A stretch of DNA of 64,000 nt, taken from the human T2T-CHM13v2.0 reference genome, Homo sapiens. The first letter of the stretch is position 1, and each line of letters opens with the position of its first letter. The stretch is taken from assembly GCF_009914755.1 (NCBI RefSeq), contig NC_060934.1, one strand, 5' to 3'. Below the pieces are notes generated by a model. It saw only the letters and a list, made by a program, of their open reading frames with translations, searched no databases and was not told where the DNA came from. A program made the position numbers and the translations under genes. This document shows, one piece after another, positions 11,306-25,860 of this stretch.

Positions 11306-14300
11306 AGAGTCGAATGGAATGGAATTAAATGGAATGGAATCGATTTTAATGGAACTGGATGGAATCAAAAGGAATAGAATGGAATGGAGTGTAATGGAAA
11401 GATTTCGAATGGAATGGAATGGAATGGACACGAATGGAATGGGCTGGAATGGAATGGACTCGAATGGAATGGACTGGAGTGGAATGCACTCGAAGGGAAT
11501 GGAGTCGAAAGGAATGGAATCGAATGTAATGTAATCGAACGGAATGGAATTGAATGGAATCGAAAGGAATAGAATCGATTGGAAGGTTATCGAATGGACT
11601 GGAATGCAATGAACTCGAATCTAATGGACTGGAAAAAAATGGAATAGAATGGATTGGAATTGAAGGGAACGGAATGGAATAGAATGGACCCAAATGTAAT
11701 GGACTTGGATGGAATGGACCCAAACATGATGGACTCGAAAGGCATGCTCTCAAAAGGAATTTATTCGAATAGAAAGGAATCAAAAGCAATCCGATAGTAT
11801 GGAATACAATCGAATGGAATGGAATCGAATGGAATGGACTGGAATGGAATGGACTCGATTGGAATGGACTGGAGAGGAATGGAGACAAATGGAATGGAAA
11901 CGAATGGAATTGAATGGAATGGAATGGAAAGGAATAAAGTGGAATTGAATCAGATGGAAAGAAATGGAATGGAATAGAATAGAGTTGAATGGAATAGAGT
12001 TGAATCAAATGCTATCAAATGGAATGGAATGCAATGGACTCGAATTGAAGGAACATGAAAGGAATACAATCAAACGGAAAGCCATCAACTGGAATGGAAT
12101 GAAATGGAATGGAATGGAATCAACTGGAATGGACTCGAACGGAATGGACTCAAACAGAATGGATTCGAAAGGAATGGTCTCAAATGGAATTTATAAGAAT
12201 TCAATGGAATCGAATGGAATGCAATATTATGGAAAGGAAACAAATGGAATGGAATCTAATGGAATGGACTGGAATGGAATGGACTGGATTAGAACAGACT
12301 TGAATGTAATGGATTGCAATGTAATTGATTAGAATGGAATTGAATTGAATGGAATGGAATCAAATGGATTGGAATGGAATGACATGGAATGGAATATAAC
12401 GGAATGCAATGGAGTGAAACGGAGTGGAATCGAGTGGAATGGAATCGAATGGAATAGAATCGAATGGAATGGAATAGAATGGAATGGAGTCGAATGGAAT
12501 GGACCAGAACAAATTGAAATCGAACGGAAAGGAATGGAATGGAAAGGACTTGAAAGTAATGGAATCAAATGGAATGCAATCGAAGGGAATGGAACCAAAT
12601 GTAATGGAATTGAATAGAATAGAAAGGAATAGAATGGAATGGAGTGTAATGGAAAGATATCAAATGGATTGGACTGGAATGGAATGGACTCGAATGGAAT
12701 GGTTTGGAATGGAATGTACTCGAATGGAATGGACTGGAGTAGAATGGACTCGAATGGAATCGACTGGAGAGGACTGGCCTCGAAAGGAAAGGAAGCAAAT
12801 GGAATGGAATGGAATGGAATGGAATGGAATGGAATAGAATGGAAGGGAATAGAATTGAATGGAATGGAATGGAATAGAATTGAAGGGAATAGGATGGAAC
12901 AGAAAGGAATGGAATGGGTTGGAATGGAATTGAATCGAATGGAATGACATCAAATGGAATGGAATGGAATTCAATGGAATGGAATGGAATGGACTCGATT
13001 GGAATAGAATAGAATGGTATGGCATCGAATGGAATGCACCCAAATATAATGGATTCAAACGGTGTGGACTCCAACACAATGTACTTGAATGGAATGGTCT
13101 CGAATTTAATTTATTCTTATAGAATGAAATCGAATGAAATGCAATAGTATGGAATGGAATCGAGTGGAATGGAATAGAATGGAGTACACCGGAATGGAAT
13201 GGACTGGAATAGAATGGACTCGAATGGAATGGGTTGAAATATAATTGATTCGAATGGAATGGAATCGATGGAATGTAATCAAATGGAATGGAATGGAATG
13301 CAATTGAATGGAATAGAATGGAATGCAATGGAATGGAACGTAGTGGAATTGACTGGAAAGGAATCTAATGGAATGGAATTGAATGGAGTGGTATCGAATG
13401 GAATGTACTCCAATGGAGTGGACTGGCACAAAATGGAATGAATCGGATTCAAATAGAACGGAACGGAATGGAATGGAATGGAATGCAATGGACTCAAATG
13501 GAATGGAGTCGAAAGGAATGGAACTGAATGTAATGGAATTGAATGGGATCAAAAGGAATAGAAAGGAATGGAATGTATTGGAAAGATATTGAATGGAATG
13601 CAATGGAATGGAATGGAATCCAATGGAATGGACTGGAATGGAGTGGACTAGCACAGATTGGACTGGATTGGAGTGGACTCGAATGGAATGGAAACGAGTG
13701 GAATGGAATGGAAAGGAATAGACTGGAATGTCATCGAATGGAATGGAATTGAATGGAAAGGAATGGACTCGAACAGAATGGACTCGAATGGAATAGGGTA
13801 GAATGGAATGGCATCAAATCGAATGGAGTGGAATGAAATGTAAGGGAATGGAATGGACCCAAATGTAATGGACTGGAATGGAATGGAATCAAATAGAATG
13901 GACTCAAAAGTAATGGTCTCAAATGGAATTTATTCGAATAGAATTGAATCGAATGGATAGCAAAAGTATGGAATGGAATCGAATGGAATGGACAGAAATG
14001 GAATGGACTGGAATAGAATGGACTCAAGTGTAATGGATTGCAATGTATGATTCTAAGGGAATGGAATCGTATGGAATGTAATCAAATGGAATAGAATGGA
14101 ATGCAATCGACTGGAAAAGAATGGACGTGAGTGTAGTAGATTGTCATGTAATTGATTCAAATGGAATGGAATCGAATGAAATGTAATACAGTGGAATTGA
14201 ATGGAATGCAACAGAATGTAACAGAATGGAATGAAATGGAATGGAATGAAGTGGAATCGGGTGGAATGGAATTGAATGAAATGGAATTGAATGGATTGGA

Positions 14301-15580
14301 GTGTAATGGAAAGATATCCAATGGAGTGGAAGGGAATGAAATGGACTCAAATGGATGGGAATGGAATGGAATGGACCCGAATGGAATTCACGGGAGTGGA
14401 AAAGACTCCAATGGAATGGACTGGAGTGGAATGGACTCAAATGGAATGGAAACGAAAGAAATGGAATGGAAAGGAATATAATGGAGTGGAATCGGATGGA
14501 ACGGAATGGAAAGTAATGGAGTCCAATGGAATAGAATCGAAAGGAATGTCATCAAATGGAATAGAATGAAATGGAATGGAATGGAATGGACTCAAATTGA
14601 ATGGATTCTCAAGAAATATAGTCAAATGGAATGGCATTGAATGGAATGGAATGGAATGGAATCGAATGGACCGAAATGTAACGGTCTCAAATGGAATTTA
14701 ATCAAATAGAATAGACTCAAAAAGAATGGGTTCGATAGGAATTCATTCGAATAGAATAGAATCGAATGGAATGCAGTAGTATTGAATGGAATCGAATGGA
14801 ATGGAATCAAATGGAATGGACCAGAATGGAATGGACTGGAATAGAGTGGACTCGAATGTAATGGATTGCAATGTAATAGATTAAAATGGAATGGAATTGA
14901 ATGGAATGTAATTAAATGTAATGGAATGGAATGCAGTGGAATGGAACTGAGTGGAATCGAGTGGAATGGAATCGAATGGAATGGAATCAGATGGAAAGGA
15001 ATCGAACAGAATGGACTGGAATGTAATGGACTCGAATGCAATGGACTGGAACACAATGGAATTGAACGGACTGGAATCAAAGGAGCGGAATGGAATGGAA
15101 TGAAAGGGACTCGAAAGGATTGGACTGGAATGGAATGGACACCAACGGAATAGACTGGAGTGAAATGGACTCGAATGGATTGGAAAGGAATGGAATGGAA
15201 AGAATATAATGGAATGGAAACGGATGGAACAGAATGGAATGGAATGGAGTGGAATGAAATAGAATCCAATTGAATGGCATTGAATAGAAAGCAATGGAAT
15301 GGAAAGGAATGGAATGAAATGGACTCGAATGGAATGGACTAGAATGGAACAGAATAGAATGGAATGTCAAGGAATAGAATGGAATGGAATGGATAGGATT
15401 AGAATGGATTGGACCCAAATGTAATGGAAACAAATGAAATGGACTAAAATAGAATGGACTTGAAAGGAATGTTAACGAAAGGAATTTATTCAAATAGAAT
15501 GGAATCGAATTAAATGCAATAGTATGGAACGGAATCGAATGGAATGGAATCGAATGGAATGGCCCGGAATGGAATGGACT

Positions 15581-15670
15581 CGAATGGAATGGACTGCAAT
15601 GTCATTGATTCGAAAGCAATGGAATCGAATGGAATGGACAGCCATGTCATTAATTCGAAAGCAATGGAAT
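15581..15670 (-). repeat. 45-bp tandem duplication (3 mismatches)
   Basis: GTCATT(G/A)ATTCGAAAGCAATGGAAT at 15601 and 15646. Confidence 0.85.
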
Positions 15671-17420
15671 CGAATGGAATATAATCAAATGCAATGGAAT
15701 GGAATGCAAGGGAATGGAATTGAATGTAATGCAATGGAATGGAACTTAGTGGAATCGAGTGGCATGGAATCGAAGGGAATGGAATCAATTGGAATGGACT
15801 GGAATGGAATGGACTCTAATGGAATGGACTGGAGCATAATGGAATCGAACGGATTGGAATTGAATGGAACGGCATGGAATGGAATGAAATGGAATGGTCA
15901 CGAATGGAATGGAGTCGAATGGAATGTAATCAAATGGATTGACATCAAATATAATGGAATTGAATGGAATTGAAAGGAATAGAATGGAATGCAGTGTAAT
16001 GGAAGATACCGAAAGGAATGGAATGGAATGGAATGGACTTGAATGGAATTGGCTGGATAGGAATGGACTCAAATGGCATGGAAAGGAATGGAATGGAATG
16101 GAAAGGAAAGGAATAGAATGGAATGGAATCAGATGGAAAGGAAAGGAATGGAATGGTGTTGAATGGAATAGAATCGAATGGAATTGCATCGAATGGAATT
16201 GAATGGAATGGAAAGGAATGAAATGGACTCCAAAGGAAGGGAATCGAATGGAAGGGAATCGAAAGGAATGATATCGAATGGAATGGACTGGAATGGAATG
16301 TACTTCAACGGAATGCACTGGAACAAAATGGAATCTAACGGATTGGAATTGAATGCAACGGAATGGCATGGAATGGAATGAAATAGACTTGAATAGAATT
16401 TAGTCAAATGGAATGGAATTGAATGGAATGGAATTGAATAGAATGAAATTGAAAGGAATCGAAAGGAATAAAAGGGAATGGATTATAAAGGAAAATTATC
16501 GAATGGAATGGAATTAAATGGAATGGACTGGAAGGGAAAGGACTCAAGTGGAATCGACTGGAGTGGAATGGACTCGAATGGAATGGAATGGAATGGAAAG
16601 GAATAGAATGGAATAGAATCGGATGCAACGGAATGGAATGGAATGGAGTCAAATGGAATTGAATCGAATGCAATGGCATTGAATGGAATGGAATGAATCA
16701 AATGGAATCGACTTGAAAGGAATACAATCAAATTGAATGGCATGGAATGGAATGGAATGGACACAAATGTAATGGACTCCAATGGAATGTACTCAAATAT
16801 AATGGACTCGAAGGGAATGGTCTCGAATGGAATTTATTCAAATAGAATGGAATCGATTTGAATGTCATAGTATGGGATGAAATCGAATGGAATTCAGTCG
16901 AATGGAATGGATCTGAATGGAATGGACTGGAATAGAACGGACTCAAATGTAATGGATTGCAATGTAATTGATTTGTATGTAATAGAATTGAATGGAATAT
17001 AATCAAATGGAATGGAAAGGAAAGCAATGGAATGGAATAGAATGGAATGAAGGGGAAAGAAATGGAGTGGAATCGAGTTGAATGGAGTTGAATGGAATGG
17101 AATCAAATGGAATGGAATTGAACGGAATGGACTGGAATGGAATGGGATCGAATGGATTGGACTGGAACAAAATGGAATCAAATGGATTGGAGTTGAATGG
17201 AACAGAATGGAGTGAAATGGAATGGAATAGAATGGACTCGAATGGAATGGCATCTACTGGAATGGAATTGAACGGAATGGAATGGAATTTAAAGGAATAG
17301 AATGGAATGGAAAGGAATGGAATGGTGTTGAATGGAATAGAATCAAATGGATTGGCATCGAATGGAATGGAATGTATTGGAATGGATTGGAATGGAATGG
17401 ACCCAAATGTAATGGACTCG

Positions 17421-17540
17421 AATGGAATGTATTAAAATAGAATGGACTCGAAAGGAATGGTCCCGAATGGAATATATTCAAATAGGATGGACTTGAAAGG
17501 AATGGTCCCAAATGGAATTTATTCAAATAGAATGGAATCG
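17421..17540 (-). repeat. ~2.5 copies of a 45-bp unit spanning the module landmark
   Basis: AATGGAAT(G/A/T)TATT(A/C)AAATAG at 17421, 17466 and 17511. The first two units end in AAAGGAATGGTCCC. Confidence 0.75.
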
Positions 17541-20500
17541 AATGGAATTCCATAGTATGAAAAGTAATCGAATAGAATGAAATCGAATGGAATGGACCGG
17601 AGAGGAATGGACTGGAATAGAAAGGAGTTGAACGTAATGTATTGCAATGCAAATGATTTGAAAGAATTGGAATCGAATAGAATGTAATCAAATGGAATTG
17701 AATGGTACGCAATGGAACGGAATACAAAGGAATGCAATGGAATGGAACGGATTGGAATTGAGTGAAATGGAATCGAATCGAAAGGATTTGAGTGGAATGG
17801 AATCGAATGGAATGGTCTGGTTTGGAATGGACTCGAATGGAATGGACTGGAACAAAATGGAATCGAACGGATTGGAGTCGAATGGAAAGGAATGGAATGG
17901 AACGGAATGGAATGGAATGGAATGGAATGGAAAGGAATGGAGTCGAATGGAATGGAGTCGACTGGAATGGAACCGAATGGAATGGAATCGAATGGATTGG
18001 AAGTGAACGGAATCGAAAGGAATAGAATGGAACGGAGTGTAATGGAAATATATCAAATGGAATGGAACGTAATGGAATGGACTCGAATGGAATGGACTGG
18101 AATGGAATGGCCTCGAATGGAATAGACTGGAGTGGAATGGAATCGAAAGGAATTGAAACGAATAGAATGGAATGGAATGGAAAGGAATTCAATAGAATGG
18201 AATGGAATCGGAAGGAATTTAATGGAATGGAATGGATTCAAATAGAAGAGAATCGAACGGAATGGCAAAGAATGGAATTGAATGGAAAGGAATGGAATGG
18301 ACTTTAATGGAATGGAATCAAATGGAATGGCATCGAGTTGAATGGAAAGGAACGGAATGGAATGGTCCCAAATGTAATGGACTCGAATGGAATGGACTCA
18401 CATAGAATGGACTCGAAAGGAAGGGTCTCGAATAGAATATACACGAATAGAATGGAATCGAAAAGAATGCAATAGTTTCTAAAGGAATTGAATGGAATAG
18501 AATCGAATGGAATGGACTGAAGTAGAATGGAGTCGAATGTAATCGAATGAAAAATAATTGATTTGAGTGCCTTGGAATCGAATGGAAGGTAATCAAATGG
18601 AATGGAATGGAATGGAGTACAACGAAATGGAAAGGAATTGAATGCAAAGGAATGGTATAGAATGGAATACAATGGAATGGAACAGAGTGGAATTGAGTCA
18701 ATGGAATCGAATGGAATGGAATCGAATGGAATGGACTGGTATTGAATAGAATCGAATGGATTGGCCTGGAAAAAAATGGAATCAAACAGATTGGAATCAA
18801 ACGAAACACAATGGAATGGAATGGAATGGAAAGGAATGGAATGGAGCCAAATGTAATGGACTCGAATGGAATGGACTCAAATAGAATGGACTCGAAAGGA
18901 ATGGTCTCAAATGGAATTTATTCTAATAGAATGGAATCGAATGGAATGCAATAGTATGGAATGGAATCGAATGGAATGGAATCAAATGGAATGGAACGGA
19001 ATGGAATGGACTGGAATAGAATGGACTCGAATGTAATGGATTGCAATGTAATTGAAATGAATTAAATAGAATTGAATGGAATGTAATCAAATCAAAAGGA
19101 GTGGAATGCAATGAAATGGAATATAATGGAATGCAATAGAATGGAACAGAGTGTAATTGAGTGGAATGGAACAGAATCGAATAGAATCGAATGTAATGGA
19201 ATCTAATGGAATTGAATTGAATGGAATGGAATTGAATGGAATCGAAAGGAATAGAATGGAAAGGAGTGTAATGGAAAGATATTGAATGGAATGGAATGGA
19301 ATGGACTCCAAATGAATGGATTGGAATGGAATAGATTCGAATGGAATGCACCGGGGTGTAATGGACTCAAATGAAATGGAAATGAATGGAATGCAATGGA
19401 ATGAAATGTCATGGAATGGAACGGAAAGGAATAGTATGGAATGGAATCAGATGGAACTGAATGGAATGGAATGGAGTCGACTGGAATAAAATCGAATGGA
19501 ATGGCATCGAATGGAATGGAATGGAATGGAATTTAATGGCAACTAATGGAATGGAATGGAATCGGAAAGATTGGAATGAAATAGAATGGAGATGAATTGA
19601 ATAGAATCTAATTTAATGACATTGAATGGAATGGAAAGGACTGGAATCGACTCAAATGGAATGGAGTTGAATTTAATAGAATGGAATGGAATGGCATCGA
19701 ATGGCACGGAATGTAATGAAATGGAGTGGAAAGGAATGGACCCAAATGTAATGGACTCAAATTGAATGGACAAATAGAATGGACTCGAAAGTAACTGTCT
19801 TGAAAGGAATTTATTCGAATAGAATGGAATCTAATGGAATGCAATAGTATGGAATGGAATGGAATGGAATTGCATCGAATGGAATAGACCTGAATGGAAT
19901 GGACTGGAATAGAACGGACACGAACGTGATGGACTGGAATGTAATCGAATCGAAAGGAATGGAATCGAATGGAAAATATTCAAATGGAATGGAATGGAAT
20001 GCAATGGAATGGAATGTAAAGGAATGGAACAGAGTGGAATCGAGTGGAATAGAATCGAATGCAATGGAATCGAATCGAATGCAATGGACTCGAATGGAAT
20101 GGACTGGAACAAAATGGAAGCAAACCTATTGGAATCGAACGGCATGGAATGGAATGGAATGGAATGGAATGGAATGAAATGGACTCGAATGGAATGGACT
20201 CAAATGGAATGGAACAGAATTAATGTAATTGAATGCAATCGAAAGGAATAGAATGAAAGGGAGTGTAAAGTAAAGATATCCAATGTAATGGAATGGAATA
20301 GAATGGACTCGAATTTACTGGGATCGAATTTAATGAACTGGAATGGAATTTACTCGAATGGAATGGACTGTAACAAAATGGAATCGAATGGATGGAATCG
20401 AACGGAACGTAATGGAATGGAATGGATTCCAATGGAATGCACTGGAACAAAATGGAATCGAATGGATTTGAATCGAATGGAAAAGAATAGAATGGAATGG

Positions 20501-23500
20501 AGTCGAATGGAATGGAAATGAATGGAATGGAATTGAATGGATTTGAAAGAAATAGAATGAAACGGAGGGTAATGTAAAGATGTCCAATGTAATGGAATGG
20601 AATAGAATGGACTCAAATGGGCTGCAATGGAATGGAGTTGAATAGAATGGACTGCAGTGGAGTGGACTCAAATGAAATGGAATCGAATGGAAAGTAAAGG
20701 AATGGAATGGAATAGAATAGAATGGAATGGAATTGGATGGAAAGGAATTGAATGGAATGGAGTCGAATGAAATGGAATCGAAAGGAATGGCATCGAATGG
20801 AATGGAATGGAACGGAATGGACTAATGGGATGGTCTCGAATGTAATAGAATAGAATGGAATGGCATGGAATAGAATGGAATGGAACCAAATGTAGTGGAC
20901 TCGAATGGAATGGACTCAAATAGAATGGACTCTAAAGGAATGGTCTGAAATGGAATTTATTCGAATAGAATGGAATCGAATGGAACGCAACAGTATGGAA
21001 TGCAATCGAGTGGAATGGAACAGAACTGAATGGACCGGAATGCAATGGATTGCAATAGAATGGACTCGAATGTAATGGATCGAAATGTAACTGATTCAAA
21101 TGCCTTGAAAGCGAAAGGAATGTAATCAAATGGAATGGAATGGAATGTGAAGGAATGGAATAGAATGGAATGCAATTCAATGGAACGGAGTGGAATCGAG
21201 TGGAATGGAAACAAATGGAATGGAGTCGAATGGAATGGAATCGAATGGAATGGATTCAAATAGAATGGACTCGAATGGAATGGACTGTAACAAAATGTAA
21301 TCAAACGGAATGTAATCGAACAGAATGGAATGGAATGGAATGGAACAGAATGGATTCAAAAGGAATGTAGTCGAATACACTGGAATTGAATTGAATGGAA
21401 TCAAACGGAATGGAATTGAATGGAATCGAAAGGAATAGAATGGAATGGAGGGTAATGGAAAGATATCAAATGGAATAGAAAGGAATGGACTCGAAAGGAA
21501 TGGACTGGAATGGAATGGACTCAAATGGAATGGAAACGAATGGAATGGAATAGAATGGAATGGAATGGAATGGAAAGGATTATAATGGAAAGGAATCTGA
21601 TGGAACGAAATGAAATTGAATGGAGTTGTAGGGAATAGCATACAATGGAATGGCATCGAATGGAATGGAATGGAATGGACTCAAATGGAATGGAGGCAAT
21701 TGGAATAGAATCGAATGGAATGGCATCGAATGGAATAGAATGGAATGGAATGGACTCGAATGAAATGGAAACGAATGCAATGGAATGGAATGAAATGGAA
21801 AGCAATAGAATGGAATGAATCGGATTGAACAGAATGGATTGGAATGGAGTCAAATGGAATATAATCGAATGGAATTGCATGGAAGGGAATGAATGGATTC
21901 GAATGGAATGTACTCGAATGGAAATGAATCGAATGAAATGGAATCGAATGGAATGGAAAGGAATGGAATGGAATGGAATGGAACCAAATGAAATGGACTC
22001 GAATGGAATGGACTCAAATAGAACAGACACGAAAGAAATGGTATCGAGTGGAATTTATTCGAATAGAATGGAATCAAATGCAAAGCAATAGTATGCATTG
22101 GAAATCAATGGAATGGACCGGAATGGAATGGATTGCAATAGAACGGACTCGAATGTAATGGGTTGCAATGTACTTGATTCGAATGCAATGGAATCGAATG
22201 GATTGTAATCAAATGGAATGGAATGCAATGCAATGGAATGGAATAGAATGGAATGCAATAGAAGGGAATGGAGGGGAATCAAGTGGAATGGAATAGAATT
22301 GAATGGAATTGAATGGAATGGACTGGAATGGATTGTACTCCAATGGAATGGACTGGAACAAAACGGAATATAACGGATTGGAATCGAACTGAAAGGAATG
22401 GAATGGAGTGGATTGGAATGGAATGGAGTGGAATGGAATGGAATGGAGTCGAATGGAATGGAACCGAATGGAATGGAAATGAATGGAATCGAAAGGAATA
22501 GAATGAAAGGCAGGGTAATGTAATGATATCCAATGGGATAGAATGGAATAGAATGGACTCGAATGGACCGGAAAGGAATGGACTCGAATGGAATGGACTG
22601 CCGTGGAATCGACTCAAAAGAAATGGAAACGACTGGAAAGGAAAGGAATGGAATGGAATAGAATAGAATGGAATGGAATCGGATGGAACAGAATGGAATG
22701 AAATGGAGTCGAATGGAATAGAATCGAGTGGAATGGCATCGAATGGAATCGAATGGAATGGAATGGCATGGAGTCGAATGGAAAAGAATCGAATGGAATG
22801 GCATCGAATGGAATGGAACGGAATGGAATGGAATGGAATGGGAAGGAATGGACTCGAATGCAATGGACTCAAATGGAATTTAATAGAATGGAATGGTATC
22901 GAATGGAATGGAATCGAATGGACACAAATGGAAAGGAAAGTAATATAATGGAACGCAATGGAATGGAATGGAATGAATGGACCCAAATATATTGGACTAG
23001 AATGGAACGCACTCAAATAGAATGGACTCGAAAGTAATGGTCTTGAATGAATGTATTCGATTAGAATGTAATCGAATGGAATGCAATAGTATGGAATGGA
23101 ATCGAAAGTAATGGAATCGAAGGGAATGGACCGGAATGGAATGGACTGGAATAGAATGGACTCAACTGTAATGGATTGAACTGTAATCGATTAGAATGGA
23201 ATGGAATTGAATGTAATGTAAAAAAATGTAATGGAATGCAAGGCAATGGAATGGAATAGAACGGAATGCAAGGCAATGGAATGGAATAGAATGGAATGCA
23301 ATGGAATGGAACGGAGTGAAATCAAGTGAAATGGAATCGAATGGAATGGAATCGAATGGAATGGAATCGATTGTAATGGACTGGAATATAATGGACTCGA
23401 ATGATTTGGACTAGAAAAAAATGGAATCGAACAGATTCGAAATGAACGGAACGTAATGGAATGGAATGGAATGGAATGGAAAGGACTCCAATGTAATGGA

Positions 23501-25740
23501 GTCGCATGGAATGGGATTGAATGGAATGGAATGGAATATAATGGAATTGAATGAAATTGAAAAGAATATAACGGAATGGAATGGAATGGAATGGAAAGAA
23601 ATGGAATGGAATGGAATGGACTCAAATGGATCATACTGGAATGGAAAGAACTCGAATGGAATGGACTGGAGTTGAATGGACTCGAATGGAATGGAAACGA
23701 ATGAATGGAATGGAAAGGAATAGAATGAAATGGAATGGAATAGAATGGAATGGAATCGGATGGAACGGAATGGAATGGAATGGAGTAGAAAGGAATAGAA
23801 TTGAATAGAATGGCATCGAATGGAATGGAATGGAATGGACCCAAATGTAATAGCCTCGAATGGAATGGACACAAATAGAATGAACACGAAAGGAATGGTC
23901 TCAAATGGAATTCATTCAAATAGAATGGAATCGAATGGAATGCAATAGAATGGAATCAAAACGAATGCATTGGAGTCGAATAGAATGGACTGGACTGGAA
24001 TGGACTGGAATGGAAAGGACTCGAAAATAATGGATTGCAATGTAATTTATTTGAATGGAATGCAATTGAATATACTGTAGTCAATTGGATTGGAAAGGAA
24101 TGAAACGGAAATTAATAGAGTGGAATGCAATGGAATGGAACAGAGTGGAATCGAGTGGAATGGAAACAAATGCAATGGAATCAAATGGAAGGGATTCGAA
24201 TGGAATGGACTGGAAAGGAATAGACTCGAATGGAATGGACTGGAACACAATGGAATCGAACGGATTGGAATCAAACAGAACAGAATGGAATGAAATGGAA
24301 TGGATTCGACTGGAATGGAGTCAAATGGAATGGAACAGAATAGAATGGAATTGAATGGAATCGAATGCAATAGAACGGAATGGAGAGCAATGGAAAGATA
24401 TCGAATGAAATGGAATGGAATGGACTTGAATGGAATGCACTGGAATGGAATGGACTCGAAAAGAATGGACTGGAGTGGAATAGACACCAGTGGAAGGGAA
24501 ACGAATGTAATGTAATGTAATGGAATGCATTGGAATGGAATGACATTTCATAGAATGGACTGGAATCGGAAGAAATGGAATGGAATGGAATAGAGACAAA
24601 TGGAATTGAATGGAATGGAATAGCATCGAATGGAATGGAATGGAAAGGAAGGGAATGGACTCGAATGGAATGGACTCAAATGGAATAAAATCGAATGGAA
24701 GTTCATGGAATGGAATGGAATATGATGTAATGGAAGGGCATGGAATGGAATGGAATGGAAAGGAATGGAGTGGAATGGACCCAAAAGTATTAGACACGAA
24801 TGGAATGGACTCACATAGAATGGACTCGAATGGAATGGTTTTGAATGGAATTTATTCAAATAGAATGGAATCGAGTGGAATGAAATAGTATGGAATGGAA
24901 TCGAATGGAATGAAATCGAACGCAATCAACCGGAATGGAATGGACTGGTATAGAATGGACACGAATGTAATGGATTGCAATGTAACTGATTCAAATGGAA
25001 TGGAATCGTATGGAATGTAATCAAATGGAATAGATTGGAATGGAATGGATTGGAACAGAATGGAATACAATGGAATGGAACGGAGTCAAATTGAGTGGAA
25101 AGGAATCGAATGGAATGGAATCAAATGGAATGGAATCGAATGTAATGGACTGGAATGGAGTGGACTGGAATAAAATGGGATTGAACAGATAGGAATCGAG
25201 CAGAACAGAACGGAATGGAATGGAATGTCCTCGAATAAACTGGAATGGAATGGAAAGGAAGAAAATGGAATCAAACGAATTGGAATCGAGTGGAACGAAA
25301 TGGAATGGAATGGAATGGACTTGAATGCAATGGGGTCAAATGGAATGGAATTGAATGGAATGGAATCAAAAAGAATGGAATTGAATGGAATCTAAAGGTA
25401 TAAAATGGAATGGAGTTTAAAGGAAAGATATCGAATGGAATGAAAAGGAATGTACTTGAATGGAATGGACTGGAATGGAATGGACTCGAATGGAATGGAC
25501 TGGAGAGGAAGGGTCTCGAATGGAATGGAAACGAATGGAATGGAATGAAAAGGAAAGGAATAGAATGGAATGGAATATGATGGAATGGAATGGAATGGAA
25601 TGGAATGGAATGGAATGGACTCGAATGGAATGGACACTAATGGAATTGAATACAATGTAATGGCATCAAATGGAATGGAATGGAAGGGAGTGTAATGGAA
25701 AGATATCAAACGGGATTTAATGGAATGGAATGGATTCAAA

Positions 25741-25860
25741 TGGAATGGACGGGATTGGAGTTTACTCAAATGGAATGGACTGGAGTGGAATGGACTCGAA
25801 TGGAATGGACTGGATTGGAATTTACTCAAATGGAATGGACTGGTGTGGAATGGACTCGAA
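25741..25860 (-). repeat. 60-bp tandem duplication (3 mismatches)
   Basis: The 60-mers starting at 25741 and 25801 are near-identical (…GGATTGGA(G/A)TTTACTCAAATGGAATGGACTGG…). Confidence 0.85.

Noticed and set aside
14121-14160. Apparently non-satellite patch GGACGTGAGTGTAGTAGATTGTCATGTAATTGATT
   Set aside because: It aligns without gaps to the module motif GGACTCGAATGTAATGGATTGCAATGTAATTGATT, so it is a heavily substituted copy and not an insertion. Other odd patches (~10530, ~26540, ~33750, ~41710, ~61710) also appear to be decayed motifs.
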